DNA of 64,000 nucleotides from an archaeon (GCA_020056635.1 JAGVHI010000007.1:3078-67077); one strand, 5' to 3'; numbered from the stretch's first letter, positions 45,536 to 54,625 are shown. Notes: generated by a model not told the origin, from the letters alone. Made by a program: numbers and translations.

Positions 45536-46560
45536 TCCACTTCTTTTCCAATCCTTTTTTCAAACTCGAAAATTTCCCCAATGTTCTTGCTTTTTGCAAA
45601 TTCCAATATGGCAGGGAGCCCTAGCAGGTCCGCAAATAGCATTCCGCCTCTTGTGAGGAACATGAACGCAACCCCCGCCTCAATTGGTATTCCGAATGCT
45701 GCCAATACGGCTGCAGCTGCAGCTTCAGAAGTGCCAGCGCCTGCAACAGTGGGCAGCGGGATGAACTGCAGGAACGTGATTAGCGCGTGGAATATCAAAA
45801 AGAACCCGAAATCCGCAACCATGTCCCCGCTGCTCACGCTTAGCCCCAATGCCCAGAAGTAAAGCGACCATTCAAGTGTCTTTAGCAGCCAGGTGACCAC
45901 TTCGAGCCCTAGCAGGAATTTGATTTCCCGGAGCAATATGGGCGACTCGTTCTGCATCAGCCCGAAGAAGTAGAACGCTTTTGCGCCAAATGGCAAGCCC
46001 TTTGCAAAAGAAAACAGCCCCAAAAACCTCCTTGAGAACATGAGCAGCCCGAAAAAAGCAATTCCTGCAACCACTGCAAGCACGAAAAGGGCGGCAAAAA
46101 GCGAATTGCTGCCAATCACAGACACCTTCCCGATTGCAAGATAGAGCACCGCGGCCCCTGCAACAATTTTGAGGAAAAACTCAAGCAATTGCGGGCCGAA
46201 TATCACAGTCATCGTTTTTTCAAGCCCAATCCTGTGCTTTGCGGAAATTGAGAATGCGGTGAAAAAATAGCCGGAGCGCGCAGGGGTCACATCGGACGCT
46301 AGCATCCCGCCGAACTGGGTCTTTAGCACTTCCGCATACCCTACTTTTGCCCCAAGCCCGTGCAGCAATTTCCAAATCCTCGCAGCCATGAGCGCATTAA
46401 TCAGCAGATAGACTGCAAGCGCAAGTGCAATGAACTCCAGTTTTGCGCCCATGAGTATGCGCACCAGCTTTGAAAAGTCGATGAAATAGAGGATGGCTGC
46501 CATAATGGCCAGCGTGAGCAGGATGTTTATCCCGATTTTTGCAAGTGTGCTGTTTTTCAT
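45532..46560 (-). CDS. Polytopic membrane protein, LPG-synthase-TM / flippase-like (UPF0104-like)
   Basis: About 8 TM helices. The N-terminal pattern ...FIDFSKLVRIL...ARIWKLL... and TPARSGYF resemble that family. Confidence 0.6.
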   Translation of the reverse strand: MKNSTLAKIGINILLTLAIMAAILYFIDFSKLVRILMGAKLEFIALALAVYLLINALMAARIWKLLHGLGAKVGYAEVLKTQFGGMLASDVTPARSGYFFTAFSISAKHRIGLEKTMTVIFGPQLLEFFLKIVAGAAVLYLAIGKVSVIGSNSLFAALFVLAVVAGIAFFGLLMFSRRFLGLFSFAKGLPFGAKAFYFFGLMQNESPILLREIKFLLGLEVVTWLLKTLEWSLYFWALGLSVSSGDMVADFGFFLIFHALITFLQFIPLPTVAGAGTSEAAAAAVLAAFGIPIEAGVAFMFLTRGGMLFADLLGLPAILEFAKSKNIGEIFEFEKRIGKEVD

Positions 46561-46642
46561 TCAGATTCCCGTTGCTGGTGATAGGCTAAGGGGTTGAAGA
46601 CCTTAAGGGGATTGGTGGATTGCGGATATCCTCCTTATGGTA

Positions 46643-46737
46643 TGGGATCGAAGGGATTTGAACCCTTACATGCAGGTTTCTTTATTTCCTTTCGGAATTC
46701 TGGAGCCTGCCGCGCTGCCAGATTACGCCACGACCCC
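46643..46737 (-). tRNA. tRNA-Trp (anticodon CCA) with a ~23-nt intron at 37/38
   Basis: Minus-strand read: GGGGTCG-TG-GCGT..GCGC-G-GCAGG-CTCCAG[AATTCCGAAAGGAAATAAAGAA]A-CCTGC-ATGT-AAGGG-TTCAAAT-CCCTT-CGATCCC-A. All four stems pair. Confidence 0.8.
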
Positions 46738-46832
46738 TAATTTTAACACTTTTTCACGTCGTAAAAGCAAACTGCCCCAAAATCCTTAACCTGGCAGCGC
46801 CAATACGGCAGCAAGGTTATGCCCGACAGCTT

Positions 46833-47012
46833 TTATATGGATTTGGAAGATTTTGCACTTTTCTTCCACCTGTGCCTTCTGATTGGTTCAATTATTTTGG
46901 AACCGTCCCGCACTCGCACAACTAGCGTATCGTTGGCTTCCTTTGCCTCAAGCTCAAACCAGTCCTCATTTATGGCAATTCTCAAGCAGTCCAAACGGAT
47001 ATCAAGCACCAT
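46833..47012 (-). CDS. Small hypothetical protein (59 aa; ORF open to 47036)
   Basis: The ATG at 47012 is preceded by GGAGGT. Its composition is more protein-like than the overlapping plus-strand ORF. It lies directly downstream of the 583-aa secreted-protein gene. Confidence 0.35.
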   Translation of the reverse strand: MVLDIRLDCLRIAINEDWFELEAKEANDTLVVRVRDGSKIIEPIRRHRWKKSAKSSKSI

Positions 47013-47046
47013 TGGAATCGACCTCCAATTCTGCATGGTGAGGTAG

Positions 47047-48798
47047 CTAATTGCAGGCGCTGAACCACAGTTCGGCCAATTTCATATAGCGTCCTACGCC
47101 CGAAGAATCAACCTCGAACGGACGGCCGCTTCCGTTCAACGTCTGATAAACACGTATATTGTATTCTGTCCCGTTTATGGTTTCAGTATCAGTTTCGCCC
47201 GGTCCGAGCCAGAATTGCTTAATTGGTATGCGATTATGATACTGATACAGGGTGATTTTGACCGAACCATCCCCCCGAACCTCCCCTAAATGAACTCCCA
47301 CGCCCTCGGATGAGCTCTCCCAAACCCAATTCAACCTAGTTTGATTTTCGCATGTAGTTTGAACCAGTTTGCTGATAGACACATTTACCCAGTCGCATCC
47401 AAGGGTAATACATTTCTGCACATGATAGATTTTTACCATATACTCCTCGCCCATATATCGAATCGTTGCATTTCCTCCATCTGCGATAGCGAATGTATAT
47501 GTTCTAAGCCAATCTACATAGGGGGTGGGAAATAGATACGTCTCGTTTGCATCCATCAGGGTGAAATCAGCTACCCACTTGCTTTGCAGGCCGCGCGGCG
47601 GCACAGCAGCGTCAAAACGGAGAAAAATATCGTCGCCAAACTGGAGCCGTTCACCCTGCATAAGGATTTTTACGTCCCGCGGGGCGATTTCGTCAGTTGG
47701 CGGCACTGGCGGCAACTCACCTCCGCCGAATGACAACGTGCAATCTCTACTTACCTTAAACCAATATCCGCGGCCCGATTTCATGCCATCAGGTGAGCCA
47801 ATTGCATACACGCGTTTTTTTGTATCGTAGAGCCATGGGCCATTTGTTACCGTGCATGTGGAGGCTGCCGCATTGTACGCATAGTTCTCGTTTGGGGTGC
47901 CAATCTGGTTCCAGCCAGTATGCAGCGATATCTCATGTATGTCGAACGGCTGGCCCTCGTTTTTCACCTCGCAATCCGAAGAAACACGAACCCAGAATGC
48001 ATGACCTGGATTGCTCCCGAAATATTCCTGATATTTTTTGCCATCGTATTCCCAAGCCTTGCCAACCACACTGCAATACTGGGAGATTAACGAAAGGCTA
48101 AATCCAGTATCGCTCGGGGAAACCATGTTCCAGCCGCGGTAGAGCATAAGGTTCGCCCTGTTTGGAGGGGTATACGGCTCTGGGGGTTGGGCTTGAGGAG
48201 TTTGGGACGGCTCCGAGTTTGGACTTGAGTAGTTTGGATTCTGGGGGTTCGGACTCGGGGAATTTGGGTTTTGTGGATTTTGCGGTAAAGTTTGCGGAAG
48301 CCCATAGGATCCCCGAATGACTGTAATATTTGTAAGACTTGTATTGATGAACGCGTACTTGGCTGCAAGCGTGAAGCCCCCATCCACCTCGCAGGTGCTT
48401 ATTGAAAAGCTGTCCCCATTAGGTGCAGTGTAATCATAGGTGCTATTGCGGGGGTTTATCTGCAAGTACCCATATGGCTGGTCCCAGCTTTGGGGGCTAT
48501 AAATGCCAAAAATGCCCGGATGCATGTTGGTTGGCCCGGTTGCAGTGCCTATGTCTGAAAATTGAATTCTATACTGGGAACCTGAAACTTCCCCCTGTAT
48601 CGAATCGCCAATGCGCAATTCATAATAACCAAGGCTGTGGCAGATGGAATTGTCCGGCCACTGGATTGGGTTCGCTTCGAAGCTTGGTTGCACTGTAAAT
48701 ACATTGGCGAAATTATCCGAATCTATTCCGCTGGAAGCGTAGGCGAGAGCAGCCAGCAAAAACATTGTAGCCAATGCAAATGTGAAGTCATTTTTCAT
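47047..48798 (-). CDS. Secreted protein (583 aa) with signal peptide, PQNPN-type linker and two GWN...C...C modules
   Basis: Signal-like MKNDFTFALATMFLLAALAYASSG. SD AGGTGAT. Low-complexity PQNPQNPNSPSPNPQNPNYSSPNSEPSQTPQAQPPEPYTPP. Confidence 0.7.
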   Translation of the reverse strand: MKNDFTFALATMFLLAALAYASSGIDSDNFANVFTVQPSFEANPIQWPDNSICHSLGYYELRIGDSIQGEVSGSQYRIQFSDIGTATGPTNMHPGIFGIYSPQSWDQPYGYLQINPRNSTYDYTAPNGDSFSISTCEVDGGFTLAAKYAFINTSLTNITVIRGSYGLPQTLPQNPQNPNSPSPNPQNPNYSSPNSEPSQTPQAQPPEPYTPPNRANLMLYRGWNMVSPSDTGFSLSLISQYCSVVGKAWEYDGKKYQEYFGSNPGHAFWVRVSSDCEVKNEGQPFDIHEISLHTGWNQIGTPNENYAYNAAASTCTVTNGPWLYDTKKRVYAIGSPDGMKSGRGYWFKVSRDCTLSFGGGELPPVPPTDEIAPRDVKILMQGERLQFGDDIFLRFDAAVPPRGLQSKWVADFTLMDANETYLFPTPYVDWLRTYTFAIADGGNATIRYMGEEYMVKIYHVQKCITLGCDWVNVSISKLVQTTCENQTRLNWVWESSSEGVGVHLGEVRGDGSVKITLYQYHNRIPIKQFWLGPGETDTETINGTEYNIRVYQTLNGSGRPFEVDSSGVGRYMKLAELWFSACN

Positions 48799-48843
48799 TC
48801 AAATCACCTGTTCAATGCTGCCAAAACAGGCTATTTAAGAACT

Positions 48844-48871
48844 GGGTGGACCGTTTTGGACCGTTCGGTCC
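48844..48871. promoter_or_regulatory. Operator-like motif GGGTGGACCGTTTTGGACCGTTCGGTCC next to the TATA (48831-48840) of the 583-aa gene
   Basis: 10-bp-phased GGACCGT direct repeats and the palindrome GGACCGnnCGGTCC. A near-identical motif lies at 50991-51015. Confidence 0.55.
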
Positions 48872-48873
48872 AG

Positions 48874-49887
48874 TCAGTTTTTCCTGAAGAAATCATGCAA
48901 TTGGACGCAGAGGCGCGAGCCGTCCTTCTTTAGCTGGAGGAATTGCTTCCTCTCAAGCGCCTGCAGCGTGCGCGTGAGGCTGGTTTTAGGGATAAGAAGT
49001 TCCCGCCTGATCTTGGATACGCGGACTGCCGAAGGAGCCTGCTTCATCACGAACTCCATTATGAGCTTCTCCTTGTCATTAAGGGTTGCAATCAAATCTG
49101 CCTGCCGTTGCGTTGGAATGGAATGCTGCTGTTCTGGTTTGGCTTTATTCTTAGGTTTCTTGCTCAAATGGCTTGCAGTCACTGGGGAATGCTTGTGTTT
49201 TCTGAATGTTAGCCAAATTCCTATCAGGAGAATAGCAATTACCGCTCCAGCCAACAGCAGTGTTCCTACCGGAAATGGCTTCTTGAGCTGCAGGTCAAGG
49301 CGCTTGAACTCGCCAGCTGACAGGTTCAAATTTTCAGCGATTGCCTGCCCGTTTGCCTGAGCAGCGATAAGACATTCCCCTGCCCTCGCATGCGTAAAGG
49401 AAAACGCCCCGCTAGAGCTGGTTGTAGCGTTCATATTTGCGCCATCTGGGCAGGTAAGCTCAACTACTGCGTTGCTTGCTGGCATGCCATCGGAATCAGT
49501 CAATATGCCGGCTATATCTGCGATGGGCTGGAGTTTTATCAAGATAGGAGTTGCAGATTTGCCATCTACCTTTCCATTCCAAAGTCCGTCTGGTGCCGGA
49601 GTTGCAGGGTCATCATAAAGCAGGGAGATGCTTGAAATTTCGCTGCTCGAATACAGGGTTGCCTCTCCTTTCTCTTTCACTACCAGCATCGTTTCGTAAT
49701 CGCTGCCTTCCGCGGTTTTGTAATTGACCTGCAAAAAGGTATCTTGGGCTACAGGGCCATTTTGCAGCGATATGGAAAGCGTAAGCTCGTTAGCCGATGG
49801 CCCTATTGAGGGTGGCAGGATATCGGCTTGGGCTGCGGCAAATGGAAACGCAAACAATGCCAGGAGTATTGCAACTCGTAAATTCAT
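48874..49887 (-). CDS. Single-pass membrane protein: signal peptide + extracytoplasmic beta-sandwich domain + TM + C-terminal winged-HTH
   Basis: MNLRVAILLALFAFPFAAAQA; GILTDSDGMPASNAVVELTCPDG...SGAFSFTHARAGECLI; TM segment VGTLLLAGAVIAILLIGIWLTF; wHTH-like LNDKEKLIMEFVMKQAPSAVRVSKIRRELLIPKTSLTRTLQALERKQFLQL. ATGA start/stop overlap with the upstream gene. Confidence 0.7.
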   Translation of the reverse strand: MNLRVAILLALFAFPFAAAQADILPPSIGPSANELTLSISLQNGPVAQDTFLQVNYKTAEGSDYETMLVVKEKGEATLYSSSEISSISLLYDDPATPAPDGLWNGKVDGKSATPILIKLQPIADIAGILTDSDGMPASNAVVELTCPDGANMNATTSSSGAFSFTHARAGECLIAAQANGQAIAENLNLSAGEFKRLDLQLKKPFPVGTLLLAGAVIAILLIGIWLTFRKHKHSPVTASHLSKKPKNKAKPEQQHSIPTQRQADLIATLNDKEKLIMEFVMKQAPSAVRVSKIRRELLIPKTSLTRTLQALERKQFLQLKKDGSRLCVQLHDFFRKN

Positions 49888-50921
49888 TGAATATTCCCTC
49901 GCTGGGTTTCAAGAGGCTGCCCCAAATCCAGGGTGCATTTTGCAGAAGAGGTTATTTGCCAGACCTGGCCTGTTTTGAGAATGTCTACAGAAGAGGCGCT
50001 GGTCCATTTCTGCGAACCTGCGTTCCAATATTTCATCTCAACAGTGGCGGTAACGTTTGAGTTCGCAGTGCATGCTTCCCCAAGGATTTTCGTAGGTTCA
50101 TTGTTCCATGCAGGCGGGATTGTCAAGAGTTGCGAGCCCGAAAGCGCCAATTTTTCTTCACTGAAGCGCTCGTTTGGCACAATGCTCTCAACAGTGCAGC
50201 GCTCCCTGCTAAAGACAAAAAGCCCGCCAAACTGTTCGTTTTTGAGGACCGTTTCGTTCCTCGCGGGAACCAGAAGCGGGCCGTACCTGTTCATTGTGAT
50301 ATAGTCATTTTTTGAAGGTGAAAATCGGTATGCGCTGGTGATGTTCGGGCAACCATAAAGTGAGATGCCCTCTACATAAGGCACATTATTCCATCCTATT
50401 GTCAAGTCAGTTTTCCAGTATGTGTAGTTGTTTATCGGCTTTGCTTCGATCTTGATGTTGCGGCTCACCTGCTTCCAGTGGTCATCCTCAGAGTAAGCGG
50501 TTACCTGAACCGTGTAATTGCCGGGCAGCGTGTATGGCGGGATGCCTATGACCCCGCCGAAAGTCCTGCTCTGACCTGCCCCAAGTGTGAAGAGGTTTCG
50601 TTCCTGCTTGCCCATTATGGCTAGGTTGAAAGCATCGCCTGCATAGGCATTCGTGAAATCTACTCCATAGGTTTCCGGGCCGCAAGCGACATCGTGCATT
50701 GCAGTCACTGTTATAGTAATCGTTTTTGCGCTCCCAATTGAAATTGGAACGTTTTCCTGCTCGATAAAGAGCTGCGGTGTCACGGTGCATTTGGCTGCCG
50801 TGTTTGCATCTGACCCTGCAAGCGAGGTCACACCTGCGCTGAACGCAAAAGCCGCGACTAGCAATAGCCCCAATGCCGCCAACAGCGGCAATTTCCGTAT
50901 AATGTTGCTTCCTTTTTCCAT
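49884..50921 (-). CDS. Secreted/membrane-anchored protein (~345 aa) with two GWN...C...C modules
   Basis: The ATG at 50921 is preceded by AAGGTGGGA (the ORF is open to 50942). N-terminal hydrophobic segment LPLLAALGLLLVAAFAF. Its modules are paralogous to those of the 583-aa protein. Confidence 0.65.
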   Translation of the reverse strand: MEKGSNIIRKLPLLAALGLLLVAAFAFSAGVTSLAGSDANTAAKCTVTPQLFIEQENVPISIGSAKTITITVTAMHDVACGPETYGVDFTNAYAGDAFNLAIMGKQERNLFTLGAGQSRTFGGVIGIPPYTLPGNYTVQVTAYSEDDHWKQVSRNIKIEAKPINNYTYWKTDLTIGWNNVPYVEGISLYGCPNITSAYRFSPSKNDYITMNRYGPLLVPARNETVLKNEQFGGLFVFSRERCTVESIVPNERFSEEKLALSGSQLLTIPPAWNNEPTKILGEACTANSNVTATVEMKYWNAGSQKWTSASSVDILKTGQVWQITSSAKCTLDLGQPLETQRGNIQ

Positions 50922-50990
50922 ATTCCCACCTTCTTTTCTCATCCTGCTTTTATTTGCTTGGTTGTCGGCAGGTCTGTTTATTTAAAAAGT

Positions 50991-51015
50991 GGGCGGACCG
51001 GTTTGAGCCGTGGAC
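50991..51015. promoter_or_regulatory. Operator-like motif GGGCGGACCGGTTTGAGCCGTGGAC next to the TATA (50977-50988) of the secreted-protein/regulator operon
   Basis: The motif plus its adjoining TATA matches the corresponding 48831-48871 region at about 24 of 32 aligned positions, with the same orientation relative to the TATA. Confidence 0.55.
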
Positions 51016-51210
51016 TTGAAAAACCGGAGAAGATTAATCATCGTGCTTAATTCAGCATCCATTTTCGTGTAGAATCCTACGCCGTAATGCAGAAAAAAAG
51101 TTCACCTGGCATCGTCGTTAAAACTTACGCCACGATCCCCTGTGCAACAAACATGTTGTGTGCACAAAACGCTTTTAACCGTGCCCTGAGAACTGGATAG
51201 CCGGGGTGGT

Positions 51211-51936
51211 TTGGTGAAGAGGACAGCCTTTGTGCCTATTTCGGTTTTTGCATTTCTCATAATTGCATTTTTGATTGCAGGATGCGCGCAGCAAGGGGGC
51301 ACGGCGCCAAATGCCGCAAATGCTCCTGTGCCCGCGGCTCCTGAACCCCAATCTCAGCCGCAGAATCCAGCTTCAACTCCGCCCACTACGCCGCCAGTTC
51401 CACCAACAGAGCCGGCTAATCAGCCTGCAGTTCCACCATCTTCCCCAGCAGAACCTGCTGCTCCCCCAGCTGCGCCTGCAAATAATACTACTGTAGCTGC
51501 TCCCCCACAACCAGCTCCGCCTGCAGCGCCAGTGTGCGGAAACGGGGCGCTTGAAGGAGATGAGCAGTGCGATGTTGGCACAAGAGACAATCCAGGCTCG
51601 CATTCCTGCCAGTCCGGGCAGTACTGCAGCTCGTGCAAGTGCTACACGCCTGCGCAGACAATAAGCTGCAAGGCCAACCACCAGTTCGCGCAGGCTAGCG
51701 GCATAAACCAGTTCATATACACCACGCTCCCCATATGCGGCGACGACTGCAACGACCTGTTCGGGGTGGATTACAAATGCGACCTGACGAAATGCGTCTG
51801 CATCCCAAAGAGCGTCACCTCGCACACCTGCGGGAACAACGTGAAGGAGAGCGTTGAGATATGCGACGGCTCCGATGCCTCCTATTGCGACCTAGATGAG
51901 GTCTGCGGGCCAAATTGCACCTGCATTAAGAAATAA
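51211..51936 (+). CDS. Putative lipoprotein with Pro-rich linker and Cys-rich CGNGxxExxExCD repeats
   Basis: Lipobox-like FLIAGC after a hydrophobic N-terminus. VCGNGALEGDEQCDVG and TCGNNVKESVEICDGSD resemble the Myxococcus-type cysteine-rich repeat. The start is TTG 51211 or GTG 51214. Confidence 0.65.
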   Translation: MVKRTAFVPISVFAFLIIAFLIAGCAQQGGTAPNAANAPVPAAPEPQSQPQNPASTPPTTPPVPPTEPANQPAVPPSSPAEPAAPPAAPANNTTVAAPPQPAPPAAPVCGNGALEGDEQCDVGTRDNPGSHSCQSGQYCSSCKCYTPAQTISCKANHQFAQASGINQFIYTTLPICGDDCNDLFGVDYKCDLTKCVCIPKSVTSHTCGNNVKESVEICDGSDASYCDLDEVCGPNCTCIKK

Positions 51937-52061
51937 GGCGCGCTTGCAGCGGCGGGGCAGGTCAACGAGCAGTGCCGCGGCAATGGCACTCTTTGCAGTG
52001 TCGGGCTGATTTGCTCATCAACACGCAGCTGCATTCGGTCTGCTGTATCCAGACTTTCTTC

Positions 52062-52592
52062 CTATCCGCCCAGCCAATTCCACAGAGCCAGCAATATGGT
52101 AAACTTGGCGCAGAACACTACTGCCGCAAGCTTGTACAGGTTAATATCCGTCATTTCCATGAGTGCAAGCCCTATCTCATCTGGTATCGGCAGCCCGAAC
52201 ACAATGAACCCTGCAAACGGGAAAGCAAAGCGAAACCTATCGAACCTCTTATGCATATATCCCATGAGCTTTCTGCTATTTTTTATCAATGTTTCGCGCA
52301 CTGCGTAATAAAGGCAGCAATCAACTGCGGTTGCAGCTCCGCACGCGAAAATGGCAACCATAAACGCATTTCCCGATTTCATAAGCTCAAGCACCACTAC
52401 CATGGCAAACGGGGTGGTGGCGCCCAATGTATAGAACGCGCCTGCAATCACGGCTCCAAGCATCCCAAGCCCGGAAAGGTAGCCAGACACTGCCCTATCA
52501 AGCCCGAGGAGAACAAGTACATAGCTCAAAATGAGGAACGCAGATGCCAGCCAGAGCCGCTTGCCTATTGTGAAATGTTTTGAAAATAGCAT
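52062..52592 (-). CDS. Hypothetical membrane protein (4-5 TM helices)
   Basis: Hydrophobic profile; no recognised family. Confidence 0.5.
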   Translation of the reverse strand: MLFSKHFTIGKRLWLASAFLILSYVLVLLGLDRAVSGYLSGLGMLGAVIAGAFYTLGATTPFAMVVVLELMKSGNAFMVAIFACGAATAVDCCLYYAVRETLIKNSRKLMGYMHKRFDRFRFAFPFAGFIVFGLPIPDEIGLALMEMTDINLYKLAAVVFCAKFTILLALWNWLGG

Positions 52593-52613
52593 GGCAGATC
52601 CACCAAAGCAAGC

Positions 52614-54611
52614 TTATTTTTTCTTCTTCCCAACCAGCTCTTTTGCTTTTTTCGCAATGTGCTCAGCGCTCAATCCGAATTTCTTAATAAGCTCCCAAGG
52701 GGCTCCGGATTCCCCGAACTGGTCTTCCACCCCAATCATCCCAAATTCAACGGGCGCACCTGCCTCAAGTATTGCTGCTGCGACCATGTTCCCAAGCCCG
52801 CCTTTCTGGTGCTCCTCAACAGTGAGCACTGCGCCGGTTTCACTCGCGGCAGCAACAATTGCTTTTTTATCCAATGGCTTTAGCGTTGAGACATTGACTA
52901 CTCTCGCCTTGAACCCAAATTCCTCTTTTAAAATCCATGCTGCGCGCATAGCCTCGGGCACTTCGGGCCCGCATGCAATAATCGCAATGTCCTCTTTCTC
53001 ATTTTTTGCATTCGCGTCTGTTGAAAGTACTGTTTCAAACGCGTCAATAAATTTCTCCTTCTCGCCTACATACCTAATCACTGTCGCCATTCCAAATTTG
53101 TAAGGGGTTTTTTCATTTGTAACTATTGGGGTAGCTTCCCTTGCTGTTCTAATATAGCACGGTCCTTCAATTTCATCAATCATCGCCTTGGTAGCCCTTT
53201 TTGTTTCAAGCGAATCGCAAGGCACAAGCAAATTCATATTCGGCAGCCCTGCTATTTGGAATATTTCCTCCAATGCCTGGTGCGTCGCGCCGTCCGGCCC
53301 GACGGAAACCCCCCCATGCGCCCCAACTATTTTCACATTCCAGTTCCCGTATGCAACGGTGGTCCTCACCTGGTCAAGCGCCCTTCCAGCTGCAAATACT
53401 CCATAAGTCCCAAAGAACGGTATTTTCCCTTCTTTTGCCATACCTGCAGCTACGCAGGTGCCTGACTGCTCAGCAATTCCCATTGAGAAAAACCTATTTT
53501 TCCTTTCAGGTTTCTTATCATAGAACATGTTTATGCAAATCGAGCCTGAAATGTCAGCCCCAAGCGCAACAATGTTCGGGTTGTTGTTCTGCTCGAGCTC
53601 TTCCCCAAACCCGATTCTTGTGGGCTTCATATCAACTTTCATTTTCTCCTCTGCGTTCCACCAGTATTTTTTCGAGAATTTTGGCATTGATGCCTCAATT
53701 TCCCTATCTACTTTTTCTTGCCATTCATTCGAAATTTTTATCATCTCATCTTTCGGGAGATACTCGAGCTTCAATTCCGCTAACGCCTGCTCAAGCTGCT
53801 CTTTATTCGGGGCTCTCCCATGCCAGCCCGCCTGGTTCTCCATAAAAGTTACTCCCTTTCCCTTCACTGTTTTTGCAATAAGCACAGTGGGCTTTCCTTT
53901 TGTTCCAAGGGCTTTCTCAAACGCCTCAATCAGCCCCTCAATCGAATGCCCGTCGCACTCAATCACGTTCCAGCCAAATGCCCTATACTTATCCGCAATA
54001 GGGTCGATCTCCATCACATCCCTGACCCATCCATCTATCTGCAGCTGGTTCTTATCCACAATCCCAATCAAATTGTCAAGCTTGTAATGCCCAGCCTCCA
54101 TTGCAGCCTCCCAAATCTGCCCCTCCTGCTGCTCTCCATCTCCCATAAGACAGAAGCACCGATAATCCTTCTTATCCAATTTCGCGGCAAGCGCATCCCC
54201 TACTGCAATAGACAACCCCTGCCCAAGGGAACCGCACGAAATCTCAATTCCCTTGCACTTTTTCCTATCTGGATGCCCCTGGAATGGGCTTCCAAGCTTT
54301 CGCAGCGTTGCAGTCTGCAACACATCAAAGTACCCGGCATACCCAAGCGGAATGTACCAGGCAGGGGCTTTGTGCCCAACCGAAAAGAACAGCCTGTCCC
54401 GCTCTTTCCATTCTGGCTCAGCTGGCTTGTGCTTCATCACCCGCAGCATGAGCACAGAAAGAATATCCATTGATGAAAGCACTCCGCCCGCATGCCCGCT
54501 CCCTGCGCAGTAAAGCGAAATTAGCGAATACCCCCTCATTTCATTCGCGGCTTTCCCAATCTCCTCAACTGAATATTGCTTTTCCTTCCCATCCGCTTCA
54601 ATTATTCCCAT
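52614..54611 (-). CDS. tkt: Transketolase (N- and C-terminal halves in one polypeptide)
   Basis: Thiamine-diphosphate motif SGHAGGVLS...GDGEQQEGQIWEA plus pyrimidine-binding and C-terminal domains. The ATG at 54611 is preferred over the TTG at 54620. Confidence 0.95.
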   Translation of the reverse strand: MGIIEADGKEKQYSVEEIGKAANEMRGYSLISLYCAGSGHAGGVLSSMDILSVLMLRVMKHKPAEPEWKERDRLFFSVGHKAPAWYIPLGYAGYFDVLQTATLRKLGSPFQGHPDRKKCKGIEISCGSLGQGLSIAVGDALAAKLDKKDYRCFCLMGDGEQQEGQIWEAAMEAGHYKLDNLIGIVDKNQLQIDGWVRDVMEIDPIADKYRAFGWNVIECDGHSIEGLIEAFEKALGTKGKPTVLIAKTVKGKGVTFMENQAGWHGRAPNKEQLEQALAELKLEYLPKDEMIKISNEWQEKVDREIEASMPKFSKKYWWNAEEKMKVDMKPTRIGFGEELEQNNNPNIVALGADISGSICINMFYDKKPERKNRFFSMGIAEQSGTCVAAGMAKEGKIPFFGTYGVFAAGRALDQVRTTVAYGNWNVKIVGAHGGVSVGPDGATHQALEEIFQIAGLPNMNLLVPCDSLETKRATKAMIDEIEGPCYIRTAREATPIVTNEKTPYKFGMATVIRYVGEKEKFIDAFETVLSTDANAKNEKEDIAIIACGPEVPEAMRAAWILKEEFGFKARVVNVSTLKPLDKKAIVAAASETGAVLTVEEHQKGGLGNMVAAAILEAGAPVEFGMIGVEDQFGESGAPWELIKKFGLSAEHIAKKAKELVGKKKK

Positions 54612-54625
54612 CAATACCAACCCTG

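Noticed and set aside
46587-46614. Direct repeat TAAGGGG(A)TTG x2 between the membrane-protein gene and tRNA-Trp.
   Set aside because: Only about 10 bp with a mismatch/indel, so chance occurrence is plausible. No associated feature was seen.
46819-47046. 75-aa plus-strand ORF downstream of tRNA-Trp.
   Set aside because: Its composition is hydrophobic and Ser-rich and it lacks start signals. The overlapping minus-strand ORF has an SD and a more protein-like sequence, although that one is also low-confidence.
48160-48300. Repetitive DNA (GGGTT/TTTGG-type short repeats) that might be a tandem-repeat array or degenerate CRISPR.
   Set aside because: It is in frame within the 583-aa secreted-protein gene and encodes the PQNPQNPNSPSPNPQNPNY low-complexity linker. 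There is no repeat-spacer periodicity.
51300-51530. Pro/Ala-codon-rich repetitive stretch.
   Set aside because: It is the coding linker of the lipobox protein and not a non-coding repeat.
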